64,000 bases of DNA from Guillardia theta CCMP2712. Taxonomy: Eukaryota; Protista; Cryptophyta. The notes under the pieces are model-generated. The model was not told the DNA's origin. It saw only the letters and a program-made list of their open reading frames with translations, and made no database searches. The stretch spans positions 1 through 64,000 of the forward strand of contig NW_005434471.1 of the NCBI RefSeq assembly GCF_000315625.1. The letters run 5' to 3'. How positions within the stretch are numbered: the stretch's first letter is position 1; every line of letters starts with the position of its first letter. A program made the translations under genes and the position numbers. Shown here one piece after another: positions 48,913 through 64,000 of this stretch.

Positions 48913-51900
48913 TCAAGACGAAGCATTTTCCTCTCCCGATCCCACCTCCGTCCACATAGCCTGTCTGCAGCTATCACACCCCATCCTCTTGTCTATCTCC
49001 ACGTCCGCTTGCTCCTTTCCTGCCCATCCGTTCTTCTCCAGCAGAGACACCATGACCTTGGTGCTAGCTTCAAGCGCAGCTTCTGCCGACCTGCAGCAGG
49101 GGGAGGGAGGGACGGGGCAATTGGCGAGGGCAGGGCAAAAGCAAGGAGCGGACCATTCGTATAAAGACACACCAGAGTTCTCACTGCCCAGGGACCTGGT
49201 GGAGGCCTCTGACGCCACAGTCATCAAGTCAGCCGCGTCTTTCCCTCCCGTTTGATTGCAGTCCAGTAGGAAGGGATGCGGAGTCTGCTCGTCAGGGCTT
49301 AGAGAATCTCCTTCGCAGCAGCACCTCGTCTTGTTCCCTGACTTGGTTCCCATGGTATCTCCCGTCTCGTGGTAAAAGGCTCGGCAGCTGGAGGAGGAGC
49401 AGTCACTGCTAGGAAGCGCATCTTCGCTGTGGTCTCTCGGCGTGTCATTGTCGCTCTCCTCAGTGATCAAGGCCTCCTTCCACAGCTTCAGGTTCTCCCC
49501 CACCGCCCTGCGATCTCGTTGCCTCCTGCACTTGGCCAGCGCCACCTTGTTCCTCTGCGAGCGCTCGGCCACGTCCAGCCAGGCGTCGATGAGCTTCTGC
49601 TTGAGGTTCCGCGAGTAGAGCAGGTCCACATCATTACTTTGCGGTAATGGACGGTAATTAAGGGCGTTGAGCATGGCAGGGGGAAGGCCGTAGCTTTCAC
49701 TGGAGACAACACACGCAGCCATCGCTGGCTCCTGCTGACTTGCCCCTTCCTCCTCCCTCTCTCGTCCGTGACCATCCCCACCATCGTGAATCTCTAGCCG
49801 CAAATTCCGTTTTGCAATCAGCAGCTCCAAGTTAGAATTGCCCTGCTGGCTACTTCTGCTCTGCGGCAGTGATGCTTCAACAGCTTCTCCCCCCTGCTCC
49901 CCACTTGCATGATCCTTGCTTGCACTTCCTTCGCACGCCACCATCTCCTCTTCTGCAGCTCGTACCGAGCTTTCTCCCACAAAGTTTCTGCTCCCTGCCT
50001 CTCTTCCGTGATACTGTCCAAAGTCATTGACAGTGAGCCTGACGCCGCTGTTGCTCAGTTGCTCCACGTCCAGCTCGTCATCGCTGACCTCACTGAACAT
50101 TCCTCCGAAGCCGTTGAGCTCCACGTCACTGTAGCGGTTGCTGTCGTGATCAGACGCGTAGCTCGACGTCACCTCGTGATCGATCTCCGCCTCGCAGTCG
50201 ATCTCCGCACTCATCTGCTCGGAGGAAGCTCGTCGAGACGAGCGGGAAAATTGCGAGCTGTCACGAGAGTATGCGCTACTGCGAGAGTGAAAGCTTGCGA
50301 CACTACATGCATCCGAGTGATGGTCTGCAATGCCATCCTCCTCGAAGTCCGAGGGATCCCAACACTCGTCGTTGTCATCTGCCCCTGTCTCGCTGTGCTT
50401 AAACGAATGTTTCTTGGTGGATGCCGAAGACGATTCGAACGGCAGTTCTTGGAGGGAAGCCTCGCCCTCCATGCTCTTACTATGGATGGAACCAGGTTTC
50501 ACCTCCTCCACGTCTGCTGGACTCTCTTCTTGCATGTCTTGGATCCACAGCAGCGAGAGGAGCCGATTGGCCATGTTTTGCGTATCGGCATGCGCTGAAA
50601 CGCGCGAGATGCGAGACAGCAGCTCTTTGGTCGCCAGGTCGTAGACCAGTTGACATCGGCAGCAGTCATGAGAGCAGAGGGACGACAGGGCAGACAGCGT
50701 GAGCTGCAGGAAGCTCTCTTCGTGCTGTGCTGCCCCGCGATGCCTTGGGGTGGTGCAGGTCGAGCTAAGCGGCGAGCTCTGATTTGATCCCCCAACGGGC
50801 ATCGGGCTTCGCGGGTTCCCTGAAGGGAACGACTTTTGCAGTTCAAGCTCGAAGGGGGAGGGAGTGGGGATGAGCTTGAGAGAGAGCGTCTCCACCAGCT
50901 GCAGCAGGAGCCTGAGCCCGTTGTCTGCCGCAAACTTGAGCTGGTTTTCTGGGGCGCGCATGGCGACATTTCCGATGGCCCGCACAGCTTGGACGGCTGT
51001 CCGCTCTGGAGGAGAGCTGGAGATCACACGAAGCAGAACCTCGCAGCCTCCTGCGTTGCCGATCAGCGACCTGTTGGTTCGGTTCTTCTTGCAGATGTTC
51101 CCGATTGCTGCACAAGCCTGGAGGAGGAGGTCAGAGCAGAAGTAAGCAAAGGGTGCACGAGACCTGCTCCAAGACACGATCCTGTTCACTCAGTTGACAC
51201 ACTCTGACAAGAACTTCGCATCCTCCCACCTCCCCCACCCGAATGCGATTGGCATCATTCTCAAAGGTGAAGTTGCAGATGGCTGCGCATACTTGCTCCA
51301 CTACCGTCCCCTCGGGGTCGATGATTTGCTTCATCAGGACCTTCCTCAGGGTCGAAACGAAAACTTCCGCCCCGCTCACAGAAGCCACTTGCGTTTGCGC
51401 CTTGTGGTTACACATGAAGTTGGACAGGGCACGTGCAGTTTGCTCTGCCATCTTGTTGTGGTTGGCCACCCGGAGAAGGTCCATCAGGACGATGTATCCC
51501 TCACAGGAAGCAAAGACGTCATGCAGGCTTTCCGATGCCAGAAGGACACAGATAGCGTTTGTCGCCTGGATGACAAAGGAGAGATCTCTCTCTTCCCTCA
51601 GGGTCTTGGTCAACGACTCCATGGCCCCGCAGCTGGAAGATCGAAGCACAAGATCATAGTCGTTCGCACAGAGATGGTACAAGGTCGATGTTGCTTCTAG
51701 TCTGATGTCCGTGTTGGCCTTTTTGAGCAGCTCCACCAGCACCTGACAACAGTTGAGTCACAGCAGCAACTTTCCTTGAGAAGCTCAACCTCAGCCGCAT
51801 CATCCGAGCTTTCAAAAAGCACCACATTGTCCCAGGTAGGATCATCCCTGCCCATACTCCAAGCCTCGACGAGTGTACGAAGGGCTGAAACAACAGGAAG

Positions 51901-52394
51901 CACAACCTTGCTGAGCATCAGCGTACAGAACAAAGACAGTAAACCAAGAGATGACTACCTGATTGTTCCTTGTCCGCCGCAGCAGCGCCAGAAGCGACGA
52001 AGGGCCACCCAACTTCACGACGCGCATACAAGCTTCCTTGCTGTTGGCTTGCAGCATTCTGAGAACCTATGATCATAAGGCCATTACTGGAAGTAAGAAA
52101 CAAAAGAAGGCGCTTACAAGAGCTGCACTGGAGACCACTTCATCATTGACTGACATTGAGATGAAGTGAACCAGCATATCCACACCACCCAGCGCCTGGA
52201 GAGGTCACGGATATTAAAACCTGAGCTCTAAAACCATCGACGCGTCTCACCACAAACTTCTTCTGCAGCATCGGAGTGGCACAGCGCTCCAGCGCATTCT
52301 GGGTGAACTGCGAGCAATCCTACGTCAAGATAACGAGGGACTGAAGGGAAGCATAACATACCTTAAGAGCTGCTGCATCCACAGGATCCAGCAT
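48913..52394 (-). CDS. Armadillo-repeat protein with long acidic disordered C-terminus
   Basis: Repeated ACAAIGNIC..NR..IG..GGCEVL, VCAAICNFT..NRIRVGEVGGCEVL and ARALSNF units. Confidence 0.85.
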
Positions 52395-54905
52395 GGCTCC
52401 CTCTAAAGTCTACCGTGGATCATTTCGGGATGGCCTGCACAGGCTCATGTCACGGCTGAGGTAGGGATGTACAAGATGTTAGCGATGCTTCCATGTTAGT
52501 GATGCTTTCTCATCTTAGTCGTGTACAGATATCACGGCATGCAATTAACTATCATCAAATGTTCTGCTCTCTTGCTCCGAACTTCATTTGACCTGTTGTA
52601 AGAAAGCTACCTTTAAACGCTGACGGCGTCCTCCACACTGAAATTGTTGATTTCTGACCTAAGCTTGCATTTCAAGGCTTTGATGTATCCGTCATATTCT
52701 TTCTAGAAAGGGCTTCCTACACATATTTCTAAAAAACTTTTTCATGAAATCGCTTTCAATGATAGCTTCTTTTTGTTTGGTTTACGCAACTTCCTCATTC
52801 TCAAGCATTCAAACTCACTTCATTGATTGTAAAATCGTTCAACACTGTTTCAAAATGACATATTTCTCGAAGTCCCACATTGCAGTAAATCTCCTGAGCC
52901 TGGTCTCATTTCTGGTGACCCGTTTCAGCGAAAAAGTATTGACCAGTTCAACGAACATTTCCACTAACTGCGTCATCCTAGATTATGACATTTGTCTTGA
53001 ACAACCATACTCCATTGTCTCATGTCCTCTTTTAGTTTTCATCTCTTTTCCCACTGTTATCATCTTTTTTCTTCCATTTTTCATCCGTCATCCCGTTCTC
53101 CTTCTACCACTTCTTGTCTTCATTGCCGCGGTTCACTCTCCGACTACCCCTACCCTACCCCCTACAAGTCATAACCCTACCCCTCAAATATTTCTGAGCA
53201 TCCGAAAGGAACCCTACCCCACAGAACCACCAGCCATTATAATGCACCCACCATAGATTTGTCCCTACACTTGCTTTTCAAAGGACCCGTGATTCCATGG
53301 AAACATACCCTACCCAATCCAATAACATGTACACAACACCCTCCCTTGGTGATGGTAATAACCCACCCTTCCCCACCCTTCAACCCAAGGACCCACAGTT
53401 GAAGCCTTGGTCGGATGGCGGGTTGTGAAGGGGGTAGTTTTGTGTACTTTGTACATTTATGGGTACAAGCTGTCCTCGGATGGGTGGGGTGGTATGTGGA
53501 CCCCTTGATTGCTCTGGTAAGAGCAGGGATGTGGGAAAGGCAAGGGTGAACTTTTGGGGTGGGGTACTTCTGTATCCGCAGAGGGATTTTTGAAAGCGGG
53601 GAAGACCATGAGTCTGAAGTAGGGTGGGTGGATACCCCTACCCCCATTTCCTAAAAAGAATCCATATTCAGAACTTGTGGACCACCCGGTCCTCTCAAAA
53701 AAAGTACCCTGGGGTAGTCAAACAACTTATTACATACCCCCTGACCACCCCCATGAATCTCAAATCAACAAAACGAACCCACCACCCACCCTTCGTCCGA
53801 CCACTACCGCTTGAAAATGGCTGACCTCCCATATGCCGAGGTACCACCCCGGGTTAACTTGATAGTACACATGGTGTCTGAGTACCCTACCCCATCTTAA
53901 TATACACCCCACCTTGAGTTTCCACCCCAAGGTTCGGTACCTTTTGTGTTCGGAAGGGATGCAGTACCCTACCCCTGTCACTGACGCTACTCCTCTATTA
54001 TAAATTCACAAGTGTCGGGGTACTCCCCACTGATCCAAAGTTCAGTGCCGCGACCGTACTGAGTACTGCACTGAGCCTGAGCATCATCGGCGGTCGGAAT
54101 CCCCGGCGGGCCGGCCCGGCCCAGCCTGCCAGTCGGCGGACTCCGACAGCCTCGCCATCGCCGTCTCTGGTTGACGCTGCTACTAGTCTAGAGCAGGCTG
54201 ATCGAAGTTTGGGAATTGCGTATGTGATCAATTCTCAATCAACAAGCAAGCCTTGAAGACTTACCGTACCATCGGCAATTGTGAACAAGTTTCAGTGACA
54301 CTAACAGGAGTTACCCGGATTTGATTTACTATAAAGTAGGCACTCCGGGAGTATCCACGTATGTCACAGTGAGATAACACGACTGAGAGTATTATACAAT
54401 CACTGTAATTGTCTCTGAGTGTCACTTTGGATACACACGTAACTTAATGTTCATCCCCGTGTTGTGCATTACCCACGGCGAGAGTACTTGAAACGTAGAG
54501 ATTGGATAGGGAAAAAGGCAGCCCGATTGGTACGGTAACTTGGTTTCTTTTTAGGGACCAAACTGGTATTCGGAAGAAACTTTCAAGTTCCGAACGGTTC
54601 AGAGTTCCAATCATCAATACCAAGACCCTTTCCAGTCCCCGAGTCAGCAGCCTTTACAGTGGTACTGTCAGTGATTGCTGATGTACTCGCTGTAGTCACT
54701 GGATGATCATCAGATGGCATATGGTACGAGCATTAAAACTCCCCATATCGGACTTTTACAGCATCACTGGTCTGTGATCATGCGACCGAGACCGTCCGTC
54801 GGTCCACCCGGCCGCTGCGGGCCGTGCGGCCGGTCGGATCCTGGCAGCAAGGCAAGTTCGCGCCGCCCGCCGCTCGGGGGCTCGGTCCTGGCACCGCCGG
54901 TCCTC

Positions 54906-55752
54906 CCACATGACCAGCGCCCCGCCACGCCGTGGTCGCCACTCCAAGCGACGGCAAGGCCGCGGCACTTCTCAGCAGCCTGCACGCGGCTCGCAGCAAA
55001 GCAGCGACGGCAGCGACGGGAACTTCGGAAGGGGGCGGGGTCGGGGAGCTCGTGAGGGAGGGGGTTTGCGCGTGCGCTTGTAGAGTGTAAGATAAGAGGG
55101 GGCGAGGGAGGATGTGAAGTATGAATCAACTTGGGGAAGTAAGCTAATGCGCAGCCCGACAATGGAAAAACACTGTAGGGAAGCAGACATGCTAGATCTT
55201 GACAAGTTACGCGGTCAGAGAGCTTTATGACTCGCGTTGATACTCTTGAAGTACTCATGGTATGACAGAGCAGGAAGTTTTCGATCGTCGCAGTGCTTGG
55301 TTCTGCTATGAAAAGCCTCCTGGTACATGAGGCTCTTATTCGAGGAAAGAATCATCCTGTGTGGGTCTCAGGCAGGCAAAAAGTGTCAAGTCATGGCGAA
55401 GCTCCGCAATTTCATCTTAGAGGAGACCAGAGACGTGACGACTCTAGAGCTGTTCACTGACGACTGCCTAGTCCCAGTTCAGGCAAACTAAGCGTCCCAA
55501 CACGAATTACATCATTGTACTTTCATTCATACTTCACACCCTCCCTCTGTGCCCCCTCTTATCTTACACTCTACAAGCGCACGCGCAAACCCCCCTCCCT
55601 CACGAGCTCCCTGACCCCGCCCCCTTTCCCGTCGCTGCCGTCGCTGCCGTCGCTGCCGTCGCTGCTTTGCTGCAAGCCGCGTGCAGGCTGCTGAGCAGCG
55701 CCTTGCCGTCGTTTGGAGTGGCGACCCGTGTGGCGGGGTGCTGGTCATGTGG
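54906..55752. mobile_element. Foldback/MITE-like element: ~220-bp inverted repeats around a ~400-bp spacer
   Basis: 54906-55126 is the approximate reverse complement of 55525-55752. Confidence 0.75.
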
Positions 55753-56289
55753 AAGGAGGAGAAGAGGGCTGGAGGGAGCGGACCAGCGTATGCTGGTGAG
55801 GCGGATGGAGCGGGAGAGGAGGGCCGGGGGGGAGGAGGTCAGGACCATGGATTACGAGGAGCGGAGGGTTTCAAGTTTTGAAGGTAGAGGAGGTGGTGGG
55901 ATGTCAGGGATGCTGGGGCTGGTTGTGCTGCGGTGGTGTTGGGACTGACATGCTATCGGAGGACGGGGGAGCGGAGGGGCTTGGTGTCAGCAACCAGTAG
56001 GGCAGTAGCGAAACTAGGTCGCTTCGTATCATTTCAGGCTGGTTTATTTTTATCTTTAACCCAATAATGACCGGCTGAGGGGATGTAGATGCGACCTCTT
56101 GAGCCATCACAGTCTTAACTTGTGAAACCACTCGTGTTCGTTTCAACTAACCAGAAAAAAACATTTTTTTTCGATGATCGAGCAATTCTTCGGACGTGAT
56201 GAGTCAAGTCGACTTAATTTCTTACTCATCACTATGAGTGAATGTTAGTACTCGCCCGTGCCGTGGCAATCAGCAGCCGGCCCGTTCAG

Positions 56290-61604
<5,315 letters not shown>

Positions 61605-61923
61605 CCTGATATCTTAGCTCTCAGAGGCTGCAACAATAAAGCGTGTCTTGGGGTTCGGATGTGTTATTTTCTGTCCGCTTCTCCCAGTCACCGCGGGCTG
61701 TTTGTGTGCATTTCCTGATTCCAAGTCAGCGGCCTGAGTCAACATCTTTTTAGATCCATCATCTCTCTTCTGCCACTCCTCTCATATCATGTACGTCATG
61801 CTCGTGTTGTTTTGTTTGCACTGTCGTATGACACTTTCACCTTCCCCTCTTCCCTTTGAGCCCAACATCGTCCAGAACTCGCTACGGTATTAGAAATGTC
61901 CTTGCTTCTCCCTCATGATTAAG

Positions 61924-62012
61924 CTCCCTCCTCCCTCCTCCCTCCTCCCTCCTCCCTCCTCCCTCCTCCCTCCTCCCTCCTCCCTCCTCCCTCCTCCCTC
62001 CTCCCTCCTCCC
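61924..62012. repeat. Pyrimidine-only 21-bp tandem repeat
   Basis: About 4 copies of CCTCCCTCCTCCCTCCTCCCT-type units. Confidence 0.85.
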
Positions 62013-62144
62013 TTCTCCGCACCATGACGGCGTTGCGACTATTCACCATGAGGATATTCACAGGGTGAGCGGCGCGGGCCCGGGCCGGCCGGCCCCACCC
62101 CAGGGGTCCCGGTGCCAGTTACTGGCGCGAAGATCGGGCGAGTG

Positions 62145-62230
62145 ACTCAAAGTTAAGTTAAAATTCAGTACTAGTACGAGCGCCATGACGACATCCGGCT
62201 CGTACTGATTTTAGCTTAACTTTGAGTAAA
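62145..62230. mobile_element. Tiny hairpin/MITE-like element with dispersed terminal motif TTTACTCAAAGTTAAGTTA
   Basis: ACTCAAAGTTAAGTTAAAAT..GTACGAGC / GCTCGTAC..ATTTTAGCTTAACTTTGAGT inverted pair. The same motif occurs at 17035 and 30384. Confidence 0.6.
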
Positions 62231-64000
62231 AGCTGCGGCCCGTTGCCACAGTTTGACTTTTATTGACAGCTGGCCGGCTGATCTTTTTCAGAGTTGCGCC
62301 GGCTGACTGCAAGTGACCCCCGGGAGTCCGAGGAGACGCCTCAGTGATTTAGTGGAGATAAAAGTCATAATAAAAGGATTAAAATGATATTAAGTTATCA
62401 TCAAGTTGCTTCTTTACTACCAGATTACCCTCTTGAGCCTGTTATCCGCCCTTCAACCAATCAGGCCCTCACCAGGTTCCTTCGCCCCCCCGCCCCCTTC
62501 CTCCCCGCTCTTCATCGCCCCTTCATCACCTCAGCCTCCTCCTCTCCTCATGGTGTTTCGTCGACTCTTGTCTGTACCCCGTGATTGATCAAGTTCTCTG
62601 CCATGACGTCCTTCTCCCCCCCACCCCCTCCTTCCATTCGGTTTCAAAGCATTTGCTGGGGCCCTGTCGTCCTTGCACACTCCGTTCACCAGCACAGGGC
62701 TGTCGTCAACTTGACGGTGAAGAGCGATGGACGGGAGCTTCTCGACATCGTCTTCTTAGCTTGCATGAAGGCATCGGCAAGAAAGGCAGAGGCGAGAGGA
62801 GCTTACGAGTCCCACAACGACTGTGAGTAGCCATGAGACTCTTGGAAGCTGCCCAGTTTCATATTGCTCGGTTCCTTATCGTCACTTGCACAGTGATACT
62901 CTCTACGCACTCATTTTTCATCTCCTTGATAAAGCTTCTTCTTTGCTCTTTTGTGTCTGGACTGCAGACGGACTAGGGGACAGGGGGAGCGCTGCGTGCT
63001 GCGTGCGAGCAAGAAAGGAGCTCGCTTTATGCAATGCAAGAGAGCTCTGCCCTTTATGATCCTCGCGGTACTTGTCCTTCACTACCACATCCCCTTGCTC
63101 GATCATTTGTTTTATCATCCCTCCTCACCTGGCTGGATCTTACTCGGTCATCCATCTTCCGAATGACCTAAACCCTTGCAAACCGAGAACAACTCGAAGT
63201 AAGGGACAGCACTCAAAACGAGGCCTACCCTTGCTCGTCAACAAAGTCAGACCAAGGACTCAGAGGACTAGAAGCAAGTAGCAACTAGACGTGCTCGACA
63301 TGGCGGCGAGAGCTTCTTCTCAAGTAAGATTTGTAGATTCCCTCAGCCTTCGTAAGGATCAGTGTCTTCAACCAGAAAGGTCTTTTCTCTCCTCATGCTG
63401 TATGCCCCACTGTGTGATCCAGGGGAGATGCTTTGAGCATACTCTGTAGACGCCTACAACTCTGCTGCAGGCAGAATCCTCAGTACCAGTCTGAGTCGCG
63501 CGGCGAGGCGCATCGAACGTTTGACTCGGAGGACTAGGTGCCAAGTATCTTGCTCTACCACCAGAGCCATGAGATGGAGTCCGATCAAATGCATGTCGGC
63601 GTTCAGCATGAGGCTGCCGCCTACTGAGTCAGACGATGGAAGGAGAAGACTGAACAACAACTCTGGCAGAGCGGAGCCGTTTCAAAGAAACTTGAGCACA
63701 AACAAGTTGAACTGGTCAAGTCCCGGTCCTCCGAGTGATCGTATTGTCACGGTCTTCGAGCAGTGAAACCAGCGGGAATCTGACGGCAGTTATAGAGGTT
63801 TTTACCACGAGAATTACCAGCTGCTGAGCTTTACTACACGAGCAGGAGTCATACCACCACCCGTTGTGGGTCTTTCGGGTATCAATGACCCCCTGGTGCT
63901 ACAGCATTACTACAGCAGGGAGATTCCGCCCTTCACCTTTAAACACCCTGCCTTGACCTGCTCTCCTCCAGTCTCCCTCCGTCCTCCCTTGCCGCCGTGC

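Noticed and set aside
52500-53130. Degenerate coding-like stretch on the minus strand
   Set aside because: Multiple stops and no identifiable family, so a pseudogene call cannot be supported.

Overview
Left end of a eukaryotic nuclear chromosome, probably an alga with a complex red plastid. A cryptophyte such as Guillardia theta is my inference from the TTTAGGG telomeres, many ~40-60 bp introns, signal peptide + Phe plastid leaders and a microbial rhodopsin. The first ~7.75 kb is a layered telomere in which four (CCCTAAA)n tracts are separated by retroelement-derived blocks. Element A (284-3657, minus strand) looks complete. It has a 16x19-bp 5' array, an RRM-like ORF1, an ORF2 with CCHC knuckle plus PD-(D/E) restriction-like endonuclease but no reverse transcriptase, a candidate -1 frameshift signal joining the ORFs, and an AATAAA + (ACT)11 tail. 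Element B is a diverged, telomere-truncated relative whose 5' array is split by a TIR element with no clear TSD. A third repeat block ends in a telomere palindrome. Inward lie intron-rich genes: plastid-targeted SMR transporter, COG8, plastid-targeted degenerate RelA/SpoT-like protein, rhodopsin lacking the retinal Lys, SINA-type RING membrane protein, TKL-like kinase, MED6, DTL/CDT2, MOV10/SDE3-like helicase with three tandem wHTH/LOTUS-like repeats, ARM protein and AFG2/SPATA5-like AAA ATPase. Satellites, MITE-like/foldback elements and a 100-N gap with a probable misjoin are also present. Boundaries of spliced genes are approximate and all family calls come from motif recognition, not database searches.
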